From: Patescibacteria group bacterium
Lineage (GTDB): Bacteria > Patescibacteriota > Minisyncoccia > Phycocordibacterales > UBA9973
Reading direction: 5' to 3'
DNA length: 64,000 bases
Assembly: GCA_028865035.1 (NCBI GenBank)
Contig: JAGWLB010000003.1
Span: 2,247 to 66,246 of the forward strand
Under the pieces are notes generated by a model. That model was not told the origin of the DNA. It searched no databases and worked only from the letters and a program-made list of their open reading frames with translations. Position numbers and translations under genes: made by a program. Below, piece by piece: positions 19,120-28,299 of the stretch. Position 1 is the first letter of the stretch. Every line of letters starts with the position of its first letter.

Positions 19120-20343
19120 TTATTTACTTATTTTAATTAATCTATTGTACTTAGCATTTCTTTCTTTTGGTCCTATTGCGCCAGCTTTTATACCATAACA
19201 CCCAAAAGCAAACGCTAGGTCACTAATAAAATCATCCATAGTCTCACCGCTTCTGTGGCTAATTATGCATTCTATATTATTATTACGTGCTAATAACATA
19301 GTATTTAGTGTTTCCGTTAATGTGCCTATCTGGTTTGGTTTGATTATTATTCCTTCTATACTTTGCATTTCAATAGCTTTTTTAAGTCTATTTATGTTTG
19401 TTACAGTTAGATCGTCGCCTATTATTTTTGTTTTTGGTAACTCATTTTGTAATAAATTAAAACTTTTATAATCTTCCTCATAGAATGGATCCTCAATAGA
19501 AATTAATGGGTATTTTTTACTAATATTTTTGTAAAGTTCAATCATTTGATTTACATCCCAATCTTTGTCCATAAATCTGTATATATTTTTACTTTGATCA
19601 TAAAAAGAATTTGCAGCTACATCAAGAGCAAACATAACTTTATTTGTATAATTTAATGAATCAACCGCTTCTTTTAGCAAAGAAAGTGGTTCCTCTATAT
19701 TTTCTGTGTTAATAGCTATCCCTCCCTCATCTCCTTTTATTGGAAGACTGCCGTATCTCTTTACAATAATTTCATCCAATTTGTTTTGTATTTCTTTACA
19801 CATTTCAATGTTTAAAACGATATCTTTTTCTTGAGGTACAATATGATATTCTTGAAATGCAAGTTTTGTTTTAGTGTGCTTACCTCCATTTATAAGATTA
19901 AAATACAAAAAAGTATTTGTATGTAATATTTTCATACTAGATAGCCTGCGAAGATATTCATATACTTCAATATTATTCACTTTAGCAGCAGCTTTTGCAC
20001 AAGCAATACTAACTCCAATCATACTGTTACCACCTAGAATTGTTTTCTGTGAAGTTCCATCTAGGTTAATCATTATTTCATCAATTTTTTTTTGATCTTC
20101 AACATCTATACCCACGAGTGATGGTTTGATGATTTCATTTATTTGTTTTATAGCTTTTTCTACTGTACCCTTACCTGTGTTATCATCACGTAACTCATAT
20201 GCTTCATATTTACCAGTACTTGCCCCAGAAGGTACAAGAAAGGTACCTACTGAATCTTCAACATATACCGATACTTTTAGAGTAGGATTATTCCTAGAAT
20301 CATAAATTTGTTCAGCTATTATATCTGTAATTATTTTATTCAT
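19120..20343 (-). CDS. eno: Enolase
   Basis: IYDSRNNPTLKVSVYVEDSVGTFLVPSGASTGKYEA.ELRD plus the conserved metal and substrate-binding residues. 407 aa. Confidence 0.9.
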   Translation of the reverse strand: MNKIITDIIAEQIYDSRNNPTLKVSVYVEDSVGTFLVPSGASTGKYEAYELRDDNTGKGTVEKAIKQINEIIKPSLVGIDVEDQKKIDEIMINLDGTSQKTILGGNSMIGVSIACAKAAAKVNNIEVYEYLRRLSSMKILHTNTFLYFNLINGGKHTKTKLAFQEYHIVPQEKDIVLNIEMCKEIQNKLDEIIVKRYGSLPIKGDEGGIAINTENIEEPLSLLKEAVDSLNYTNKVMFALDVAANSFYDQSKNIYRFMDKDWDVNQMIELYKNISKKYPLISIEDPFYEEDYKSFNLLQNELPKTKIIGDDLTVTNINRLKKAIEMQSIEGIIIKPNQIGTLTETLNTMLLARNNNIECIISHRSGETMDDFISDLAFAFGCYGIKAGAIGPKERNAKYNRLIKISK

Positions 20344-20344
20344 A

Positions 20345-21613
20345 TTATTTTTGAAGTAATATCATAAGATCAGATACATTACTCCCAGTCTCGCCTGTGA
20401 TAATCTGATCCCCGGTTTTAGAAAAAAAGTCGTCTATAGTATTTTTCTCAAGAGTTTCTTTAATAGAAAGATTTTTTTTATTTGCTTTTTCAATTGTAAA
20501 TTTATCTGCAATTGCGCCAGCAGAAATTGAAAGATTATCTATACCATCTGATGCAAATGATGATAAAATATTTTCTGGACCTATCATATCGAGAGAAAGC
20601 ATTGTTAAGTATTCACAACGACCATTTATACCTCTCTCACCTTTTACTATAACTGATGGTTCACCAGCTCCAATAACAACTGTATGTGGTTTAGCGTTTG
20701 TTAGTAATTTATTGATGATAATTTTTGGTTCTTCGTATAATTTAGCGCCAATATTTACTACATTATAACCAAGTTCCTCTGCTTTCTTTTTCATACCTGT
20801 TAAAGCATAACTATTGGTAACGAGTGGAATGTTAAATACTTTTTCAAAATATATATCCTCTTTAGGGGTTTCATTTAAAATAAAATTATATTTTAAATTA
20901 TATTTTAATAGTATAGATTGGGCGTCTTGTACTAGTGATGTGTCTTTATATGTTGGGCCAGAGGCAACTTCTTCATATTTATCACCAGGAACATCGCAAA
21001 ATATAAGAGATGCAACAGTTGCAGGATATAAAAGTTTAGCCAACCCACCACCCTTTAATAAAGATAAATGCTTACGTAATGTATTTAATTCTGTAATATC
21101 CCCTCCTGATTTTAAAAATTCATCATAAAGAATTATCCCTTGTTCGCATTCTAATTTTGGCCAACATAGCATAGATGAACCCCCACCAGATACTACAACA
21201 ATTGCTAAGTCTTTTTCATCTAATTTTTCTGCAAGTTGAGCTAACTCTTCAGATGGAAGAATATTCTCTACTGAAGGTTTTGGATGAGTGCAGATATATT
21301 GTTTTACATATTTGCATTCTCCAAGCTTTTTTTCCATTACAATACCACCCGCAATTTTATCGCCTAGAATCCCTTCAATCGCATTTACAGCAACAGATGA
21401 AGTCTTACCAAAACCTATTATATAAATATGATCATAATCATTTAGATTAAATGTATTATTTTCAATTGTTAGTAGATTGTTATTAAGTTTAAATTTCTTA
21501 TCTATAATGGCTGCTGTGTCTATAGCTTCATAAGCTGATTCCATTATAGTTAGCATATCAGTACGTTCTTTTGTTATAGCCAATTCATCAAAATTTTTGA
21601 TATATCTTTTCAT
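20345..21613 (-). CDS. Glycerate 2-kinase (MOFRL family)
   Basis: IIGFGKTSSVAVNAIE, VVSGGGSSMLCWP and LLKGGGLAKL are MOFRL-type motifs. 422 aa. Lies directly upstream of eno in the same orientation. Confidence 0.7.
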   Translation of the reverse strand: MKRYIKNFDELAITKERTDMLTIMESAYEAIDTAAIIDKKFKLNNNLLTIENNTFNLNDYDHIYIIGFGKTSSVAVNAIEGILGDKIAGGIVMEKKLGECKYVKQYICTHPKPSVENILPSEELAQLAEKLDEKDLAIVVVSGGGSSMLCWPKLECEQGIILYDEFLKSGGDITELNTLRKHLSLLKGGGLAKLLYPATVASLIFCDVPGDKYEEVASGPTYKDTSLVQDAQSILLKYNLKYNFILNETPKEDIYFEKVFNIPLVTNSYALTGMKKKAEELGYNVVNIGAKLYEEPKIIINKLLTNAKPHTVVIGAGEPSVIVKGERGINGRCEYLTMLSLDMIGPENILSSFASDGIDNLSISAGAIADKFTIEKANKKNLSIKETLEKNTIDDFFSKTGDQIITGETGSNVSDLMILLQK

Positions 21614-21659
21614 TTATGGTTATATTATATACCTTTAATCTTGATTTTTCAATAAATAA

Positions 21660-23339
21660 TTATTTATTTATAAATAATTTTGCTAATCGAATATCTTCAA
21701 AAGAAAGTTTGTATCCCTGTTTTTCAAGGATTAATTTAATTGGAGATAACTTACCAATCTCATCATTTTTCAAGGTACGGTTCGCTTTATTTACAATAAT
21801 AATATCTTGTTGTTTAGGTTTAATATGATTAATCTTTGTTTTTGGAAATTTATCTACAATTTGTTCAATATGATAAACTATAGTACTTTTAGTTAAACCC
21901 CTTTCTTTCGCTATCTTGTTAATACTCATACCTTGATTCAATAAATTCATTGTAGTAATTATTGTTGGAATTTTATCTGATGTCTTTGTTTTATTATTAT
22001 TTTTATTAATTACTCCGCCCATACGTACGATAAAAGAATGTTCTAATTTTTCTTGTTCACTTTTACTTAATTTACCAAAGTAGACAAGTTCATTCTGTGT
22101 ACTTTCATTACGAAGTTCTTTGTCGAATTGAAGTACCTTAGGATCTACTCGTAAGGCATCTGGATTAAATCCTACTAATTTTATTCCAGTCATAGTTTTT
22201 ACTCTTGAAAGTGCTACATAACCCATACCATACGCAAATGTATGAGTAAGGTCTATCTCTGCGTTATCAAGTGACATACCCTGACTTTTGTGTATTGTAA
22301 TAGCCCAAGCTAGACGTATAGGAAGCTGACTAATAGAAGCTTTATTTTTACCATTTTCTTCTATTGCCCAAGTTTCTTTGTGGGCGTATATTGTCTTACC
22401 ATTATAGAGCTCTATAATAGGAGTATTATCGGACGGCAGAAAATCTATAACTTTACCTCTAGTACCGTTAACATATCCTTCTTCAAAATTATTTTTTATA
22501 CACATTATTTCAGCTCCAACTTTAAGATGTAATTTCTCACTAGCAAGACAACTTTTTCTTAATATTTCAACTAATGGCTCGGGCCCAGTTGATGACATAT
22601 AAAATACCTTCTCATCAGTTTTTAAATTCGAAAGTTCAGTATTGTTTTCTATATCAACATTCGTATTATGGGTATATAATTTTGTTGGAATAATGTTATT
22701 CGGCAGCTCTGCATTTAATCGATTTTTTAATTGTTCATAATGCAACTCTTCCACTGTGTCACTGCGTATTGCATTTAAAATCGATGTCAGTTCTTCGTCT
22801 ACTTGTCTATGTTGTTCTGTAAGATAACAAATGGCCGGATTCATTATACGCCAAGCTTCACTATATAAGACCATATCTTTCAAATTTGTTTCATTTGAAC
22901 GATTTATAGGAGGTAATTGAAAAAAATCCCCAGAGATAATTATTTGCAAACCCCCAAAAGGTTTATCGCTTCTCTTGAACCTGCGACATACTCGTTCTAT
23001 TATATCTAGTCTATGTGCGTGAAGCATCGATACTTCATCGATAATAAGCACCCTAGCTTTCTCAAAACGTTTCCATAAATATTGTTTACCTTCTAATACC
23101 TCTAGATCATACTCATCTATTTTATCTTTTATACCAATTCCAGCCCAACCATGTATCGTCATGCCATTCATATGAGTAGCAGCTATGCCTGTTGAAGCTG
23201 TAATAGCCACAGGTATATCGTGGTTTTTGAGATATGATATGTATTCATTTAGAAGATAAGTTTTACCACTTCCAGCACTACCAGTAAGGTATACATTTAC
23301 TCCTGTTTTCATAATAGCAAGTGCTTGTTTTTGAGTCAT
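21660..23339 (-). CDS. Pif1-family (RecD-like SF1B) DNA helicase with a C-terminal helix-turn-helix domain
   Basis: Motif I LTGSAGSGKTYLL, motif II IIDEVSMLHA, motif III ISGDFFQLPPI, and a late SQGMSLD. The C-terminal ~100 aa contain SINKIAKERGLTKSTIVYHI, an HTH. 559 aa, 22 bp downstream of lexA. Confidence 0.75.
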   Translation of the reverse strand: MTQKQALAIMKTGVNVYLTGSAGSGKTYLLNEYISYLKNHDIPVAITASTGIAATHMNGMTIHGWAGIGIKDKIDEYDLEVLEGKQYLWKRFEKARVLIIDEVSMLHAHRLDIIERVCRRFKRSDKPFGGLQIIISGDFFQLPPINRSNETNLKDMVLYSEAWRIMNPAICYLTEQHRQVDEELTSILNAIRSDTVEELHYEQLKNRLNAELPNNIIPTKLYTHNTNVDIENNTELSNLKTDEKVFYMSSTGPEPLVEILRKSCLASEKLHLKVGAEIMCIKNNFEEGYVNGTRGKVIDFLPSDNTPIIELYNGKTIYAHKETWAIEENGKNKASISQLPIRLAWAITIHKSQGMSLDNAEIDLTHTFAYGMGYVALSRVKTMTGIKLVGFNPDALRVDPKVLQFDKELRNESTQNELVYFGKLSKSEQEKLEHSFIVRMGGVINKNNNKTKTSDKIPTIITTMNLLNQGMSINKIAKERGLTKSTIVYHIEQIVDKFPKTKINHIKPKQQDIIIVNKANRTLKNDEIGKLSPIKLILEKQGYKLSFEDIRLAKLFINK

Positions 23340-23361
23340 ATATATACTTACTATTATAACA

Positions 23362-23928
23362 TTAGTATTTTCTAATGACGGCCTTTACAACCGCAGTAAT
23401 AGTTAAATAATTTGTTGGATATATTGGTTTAAAATCTTTGTTGGCTGGTTCAAGCCAAACTTTATCTCCAGATTTTTTAAAATATTTCATTGTAAATTCA
23501 CCGTCGACATTTGCTATAACTATCTGTCCGTCTTTTGCTTTATCTGTCTTCTCAACAAGAACCATATCACCATCAGCTATATGAGCATCGATCATTGAAT
23601 CTCCATCAACTTCAAGCATAAAAGTGTTATCTTTTTTGGTTACAAGATAATCATCAAGATTTACTGTATCGTTTAACTCCTCTGTGACATCTGAGGGAAA
23701 TCCTGCTTTTACTAAACCAAGTAATGGAATACTGTCAAAAGATTCATTTGGGATAATTCTTCCTAGATAATCTTTGGTAACCAAACCATTGTCTATAAAT
23801 TTATCAACAAGACGTGCCACAGCATTTTTGGATTTAAATCCGAAAATTTTCATCATTTCCGTGTAAGTCGGCATACGCTTATGTAGTTGGTGGAATGAAG
23901 TTAATTTATTTTTGTATTCGTTATACAT
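23362..23928 (-). CDS. lexA: LexA repressor (S24 peptidase)
   Basis: N-terminal winged HTH (PTYTEMMKIFGFKSKNAVARLVDKF). C-terminal S24 fold with the GDSMIDAHIADGDMVLV Ser nucleophile region and a downstream Lys. 188 aa. Confidence 0.8.
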   Translation of the reverse strand: MYNEYKNKLTSFHQLHKRMPTYTEMMKIFGFKSKNAVARLVDKFIDNGLVTKDYLGRIIPNESFDSIPLLGLVKAGFPSDVTEELNDTVNLDDYLVTKKDNTFMLEVDGDSMIDAHIADGDMVLVEKTDKAKDGQIVIANVDGEFTMKYFKKSGDKVWLEPANKDFKPIYPTNYLTITAVVKAVIRKY

Positions 23929-23934
23929 ATGAGT

Positions 23935-24129
23935 TTAAAATTGCGGTAATACGGTAATGAATCTATTTAAGAAATTCTTACGAGAATGTTGGCGCATTTT
24001 TTTCTGGAGTATCTTGTGATTCATTGCTTCTTTCTTGTATTCTACACCTTGTAGAATTTTCATATCTATAACTTTATTTATAGAATGTAACTCTTTTTCA
24101 ATTATTTTAATATATTGTTCTCTGTTCAT
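23935..24129 (-). CDS. Small basic hypothetical protein, first gene of the lexA operon
   Basis: 64-aa ORF that starts about 35 nt downstream of the LexA-box promoter and ends 7 bp before lexA. Confidence 0.35.
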   Translation of the reverse strand: MNREQYIKIIEKELHSINKVIDMKILQGVEYKKEAMNHKILQKKMRQHSRKNFLNRFITVLPQF

Positions 24130-24171
24130 ATATATAATATTGATTATTTGCTTATAATCGACTGCATATAT

Positions 24172-24200
24172 AGTATATGTGAACGCTCGTTCACAGTCAA
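24172..24200 (-). promoter_or_regulatory. SOS promoter with a Cheo-type LexA box GAAC-N4-GTTC embedded in its spacer, read on the minus strand as TTGACT-17-TATACT
   Basis: On the minus strand: TTGACT (24195-24200), 17-nt spacer GTGAACGAGCGTTCACA, and TATACT (24172-24177). On the plus strand the spacer reads TGTGAACGCTCGTTCAC (24178-24194), containing the perfect palindrome GAACGCTCGTTC (24181-24192). Confidence 0.65.
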
Positions 24201-24322
24201 TACTTTAACTGTGGATAACTACAAAATAAATATTTATAAATAATAAAATTAATAATTTTTAATAATTTAAATCCTTTACGAAAAATTTACATTGGGTATT
24301 CTATTATAGTACAATAAAAGCA

Positions 24323-25027
24323 ATGAGAAAATTTTTACTTTCAGTTTTTGTTATATCTGTATTTGGTATATATGCACTATTTGCTAAGTCGGGGAATCCC
24401 TCGACTGTTGTTTTTAATACACAAACTAATTCAAATACGAATAATCAACTAAATAATAATGATTCAAATACTTTACCTATAACGACTCCCCCTTCAACTG
24501 CGCCTACAGTAACCGAGGCCCCAGTTGTAAAAAAAGTCAAGAAAACAACTTGTTCCTGGAAATATTATGGAGGTGATGATGAAGAAAACAGCAGATACGT
24601 ATGTACAACAACATTAGTAGATACTACTCCCACCTCATCAAAAACAACTACAACTACACCTAAACCAACATCAACTCCAACCACTCCTAAAACTGTAGCT
24701 GTTGCTACGCCTCCTCCTGTAGTAAAACCTAAATCAACAAGTGGCTGGAATGATGGTACTTTTACTGGTAATAGTATTGATGCTTACTATGGGTATGTAC
24801 AAGTATCAGCAACTATTTCTGGTGGTCGTCTTACAAATATAAATTTCTTGGATTACCCTCAAGATCGTAGCACATCACTGATGAAAAGCCAGATGGCTAT
24901 GACGATATTAAAATCAGAAGCAATTAATGCTCAAAGTTCTAATGTTGATTATGTATCAGGTGCAACTTATACTAGCGATGCTTTTAATCAATCATTATCA
25001 TCTGCTTTAAGTAAAGCTAGAGTTTAA
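24323..25027 (+). CDS. Exported FMN-binding-domain protein (NqrC/RnfG-like) with a Thr/Pro-rich linker
   Basis: Signal/TM N-terminus and a T/P/S-rich low-complexity linker. The C-terminal domain (GYVQVSATISGGRLTNINFLDYPQDRSTSLMKSQ...VDYVSGATYTSDAF) is an FMN_bind domain with an SGATYT flavinylation motif. Confidence 0.7.
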   Translation: MRKFLLSVFVISVFGIYALFAKSGNPSTVVFNTQTNSNTNNQLNNNDSNTLPITTPPSTAPTVTEAPVVKKVKKTTCSWKYYGGDDEENSRYVCTTTLVDTTPTSSKTTTTTPKPTSTPTTPKTVAVATPPPVVKPKSTSGWNDGTFTGNSIDAYYGYVQVSATISGGRLTNINFLDYPQDRSTSLMKSQMAMTILKSEAINAQSSNVDYVSGATYTSDAFNQSLSSALSKARV

Positions 25028-25031
25028 AGTT

Positions 25032-25778
25032 ATGAAAGACACAAGATTAATAATGGGTATGCCCATAACAGTTGAGATAGTTGATTTACATGTTGAAAAC
25101 CAAGTTCTAGAATCTGTATTTAACTATTTTACTTATATTGATGAAAAGTTTAGTACGTATAAAGAGACAAGTGAAATTATGAAGATAAATCGTGGTGAAA
25201 TAAATGAAAATGATTATAGTGAAGATATGAAAGAAATTTTTCAATTAGCTGAAAAAACAAAAATAGAAACTAATAATTTTTTTAATATAAAAAAGCCAGA
25301 TGGATCTTACGACCCTTCTGGTATTGTTAAAGGTTGGGCTATTCAAAAAGCAAGTGATAATCTGAAAAATAATGGTTATAATAATTTTTGTTTAGATGCC
25401 GGTGGTGATATACAAACTAGTGGTAAGAACAGTAAAGGTGAACCATGGACAATTGGTATTCGTAACCCATTAAATACAAATGAAATTATAAAAATAATAA
25501 ATAATAAAAACAACAAAGGAATTGCGACTTCAGGTACATATATAAGAGGAAATCATATATATAATCCGAATAATAAAGATGATATACTTTCAGAAGTTTT
25601 AAGCTTAACTGTTATTGGTCCAAATATTTACGAGGCTGATCGTTTTGCTACTGCAGCATTTGCTATGGGTAAAGATGGTATATATTTCATAGACAAGCTA
25701 GTCGGATTTGAAGGTTATATGATTGATACTAAAGGTATCGCAACTATGACTAGAGGTTTTGAGGAATACACGCAATGA
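25032..25778 (+). CDS. apbE: ApbE-family FAD:protein FMN transferase
   Basis: MGMPITVEI, DPSGIVKGWAIQKA, LDAGGDIQTSG, ATSGTYIRG and ADRFATAAF are ApbE signatures. 248 aa. Confidence 0.8.
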   Translation: MKDTRLIMGMPITVEIVDLHVENQVLESVFNYFTYIDEKFSTYKETSEIMKINRGEINENDYSEDMKEIFQLAEKTKIETNNFFNIKKPDGSYDPSGIVKGWAIQKASDNLKNNGYNNFCLDAGGDIQTSGKNSKGEPWTIGIRNPLNTNEIIKIINNKNNKGIATSGTYIRGNHIYNPNNKDDILSEVLSLTVIGPNIYEADRFATAAFAMGKDGIYFIDKLVGFEGYMIDTKGIATMTRGFEEYTQ

Positions 25779-25789
25779 ATTAAATATAT

Positions 25790-27322
25790 ATGTTAAATAT
25801 AATAGACAATTTTCTAAACAAAATAACAATGTATCGTCTGGTACTGTACTTTTTGATTTTCTTATTATTACTTGCCACTGGATTTAGCGCTATGGGAATG
25901 CTTCCCTTTAGTCCATTAATGCTCCTATTTGGAACTGCACTTTTGCTAATTATCGGCTGGGCTGTAAATTTTATTTTCTCAGAAGTATTTAATGCGCCTA
26001 CAAACGTAGAATCATTTTATATAACAGCATTGATTCTTGCTCTTATTATTACACCACCACAATCTTTTTCAGATGTTTCTTACTTGATGTTTATATTCTG
26101 GGCAGCACTTTGGGCAATGGCTTCAAAATACATACTAGCAATAGGTAAAAAGCATATATTCAATCCAGCGGCTTTCGCGGTGGCACTAACAGCTTTGACT
26201 CTTGGTCAATCAGCAAGTTGGTGGGTAGGTACGGGTTCAATGTTACCATTTGTATTTGTTGGTGGATTTCTTATTACTCGTAAAATTAGACGTACAGATC
26301 TAGTTCTTTCTTTTATATTTATTTCACTCCTTGTAAGTATTTTTATGCATGCTCATAGTTTTGGAGATATATTTAAATTTGGTAGTCGTGCTATAAAAGA
26401 CTCTCCACTATTTTTCTTTGCTTTTGTAATGCTTACTGAACCACTTACAACTCCACCTACGAAATATCTGAGAATTGGTTATGGAGCATTAGTTGGAGCA
26501 ATTTTTGACCCAATGGTTCATTTAGGTTCAATGTATTCAACACCAGAGCTTGCTTTAATTGTAGGAAATGTATTTTCTTATTTAGTTAGTCCTAAATTAA
26601 AATTAATGTTGCGTTTTAAATCAAAAACACAAATTGCTAAAGATACATATGATTTTTCTTTTGCATCGAGTAAAGATGAAATACCATTTAGGCCTGGCCA
26701 ATATTTCGAATGGACATTACCTCACGAACATCCTGATAGTCGTGGTAATAGAAGGTACTTCACCATAGCCTCTTCTCCCATATCTGAAGAAGTACATATT
26801 GGTGTTAAATTTTACCCTAAATCTAGTAGTTTCAAAAATGCTCTTTTAAAAATGGAAAGAGGTGATAAAATTGTTGCTTCACAACTTGCTGGTGATTTTA
26901 TAATGCCTAGAAATAAACGTATAAAACTTTGCTTTATAGCCGGAGGCATAGGAGTAACTCCTTTTGAAAGTATGATTAATTATATGCTAAAGCGAGGACA
27001 AAAAAGAAATGTTGTAATGTTTTACTCAAATAGAACAGTAGATGATATCGCTTATATGGAAACATTCGAAAAAGCTAGAACAGAACTAGGTATAAAAACG
27101 ATCTATGCTTTATCAGAATTAGATTCAATACCTTCAGATTGGAAAGGTGCACGAGGGTTCATTACTGCGGAAATGATCGCAAAAGAAGTTCCTGATTTTG
27201 AAGATCGCATTTTTTATATATCAGGACCACATTCTATGGTTAGCGCATTTAATGAATCATTGTCTAGAATGGGAGTAAACCAATCTCAGATTATAACTGA
27301 TTTCTTTCCTGGTTTTGCTTAA
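25790..27322 (+). CDS. Membrane oxidoreductase: N-terminal polytopic NqrB/RnfD-like domain fused to a C-terminal FNR-type FAD/NAD(P)-binding module (NqrF-like, no ferredoxin domain)
   Basis: The N-terminal ~270 aa have about 8 TM helices, with HIFNPAAFAVAL and MLTEPLTTPPT resembling the RnfD/NqrB motifs (QNPFNPAM / ILTDPVTASTT). The C-terminus has RPGQYFEW, the RRYFTIASSP FAD-binding R-x-Y-S/T motif, and the FIAGGIGVTPFESM NAD(P)-binding motif. Confidence 0.65.
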   Translation: MLNIIDNFLNKITMYRLVLYFLIFLLLLATGFSAMGMLPFSPLMLLFGTALLLIIGWAVNFIFSEVFNAPTNVESFYITALILALIITPPQSFSDVSYLMFIFWAALWAMASKYILAIGKKHIFNPAAFAVALTALTLGQSASWWVGTGSMLPFVFVGGFLITRKIRRTDLVLSFIFISLLVSIFMHAHSFGDIFKFGSRAIKDSPLFFFAFVMLTEPLTTPPTKYLRIGYGALVGAIFDPMVHLGSMYSTPELALIVGNVFSYLVSPKLKLMLRFKSKTQIAKDTYDFSFASSKDEIPFRPGQYFEWTLPHEHPDSRGNRRYFTIASSPISEEVHIGVKFYPKSSSFKNALLKMERGDKIVASQLAGDFIMPRNKRIKLCFIAGGIGVTPFESMINYMLKRGQKRNVVMFYSNRTVDDIAYMETFEKARTELGIKTIYALSELDSIPSDWKGARGFITAEMIAKEVPDFEDRIFYISGPHSMVSAFNESLSRMGVNQSQIITDFFPGFA

Positions 27323-27327
27323 AATAT

Positions 27328-28281
27328 TTAAGCAGTAAGTCTCTTTTTTACTTTTTTATTAAATTTATACCACTTCCATTTTATAACACACCAAGTATTA
27401 CAGTATGCTTCGCCATATGGAGGGTGCTTTATTGAATCTGTTTTGAGGCAATTTTCACAACAAATAAAATGGTCATGACACATAAGGTTGGCACAGTTCA
27501 CATAGTGCTCACTCGGAGTGCCACACTTTGTGCAGTGGCCAATTATCTCATGTTTATTGGGATCATCGAAATTCATAACAATACGTTTATCGAAAACATA
27601 AAGAGAACCCTTAAAATTCTCTCCTGGGTATTTTTCCATATAACTGACTATTCCTCCATCGAGCTGATAGACATCTTTAAATCCTTCCCTCTTTAATAAG
27701 CCAGAAGCTTTCTCGCAACGTACTCCACCAGTACAGACTGTGACTACGGTCTTGTCTTTCAAGTCTTCTATTTTTTTAATATTTTTTTTGAGGTCACGAA
27801 AATTATTTAAATCTGGAAAAGCTGTTCCTTCAAATTTACCAACACGAAGTTCGTAATCATTGCGCATATCTACAACATGAAATTCTTTGCCTTCCTCATA
27901 CCATTTCTTTAGCATTTCTGGTTTTAAATGCGTACCAGTAATTTGATTTGGGTCTATATCTTCTTCTTCGCCTAAATGCAGAGATACTATTTCTTTTCGA
28001 ACTTTTACAGAAAGACGTGGAAAAGCGGTACCGTCTGATGTACCTTCACTTATTTTCCAATGAGTATCTGCAAACCTAGAATCAGCTTTCATTATATCCA
28101 TATACTCACGGCAAGCTTCATCTGTACCCTCATATGTGCCATTTATACCCTCTTTTGCTATGATCATACGGCCTTTCATACCAAGGTGCTTGCATAGGTC
28201 AAATTGAGCATCCCTGAGCCCTTTGGGGTCATCTATATGGACATATTTATAGAAAAGGATAATAGTGTGTTTGTTTACCAT
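27328..28281 (-). CDS. trhO: Rhodanese-domain tRNA uridine(34) hydroxylase (TrhO/YceA, UPF0176) with a Cys-rich C-terminal extension
   Basis: IILFYKY..I.DP, the rhodanese CTGGVRCEKASGLL active-site loop, and a C-terminal CTKCG...CANLMCHDHFICCENC segment. Confidence 0.7.
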   Translation of the reverse strand: MVNKHTIILFYKYVHIDDPKGLRDAQFDLCKHLGMKGRMIIAKEGINGTYEGTDEACREYMDIMKADSRFADTHWKISEGTSDGTAFPRLSVKVRKEIVSLHLGEEEDIDPNQITGTHLKPEMLKKWYEEGKEFHVVDMRNDYELRVGKFEGTAFPDLNNFRDLKKNIKKIEDLKDKTVVTVCTGGVRCEKASGLLKREGFKDVYQLDGGIVSYMEKYPGENFKGSLYVFDKRIVMNFDDPNKHEIIGHCTKCGTPSEHYVNCANLMCHDHFICCENCLKTDSIKHPPYGEAYCNTWCVIKWKWYKFNKKVKKRLTA

Positions 28282-28299
28282 ATTCTTTTAATATAACAA

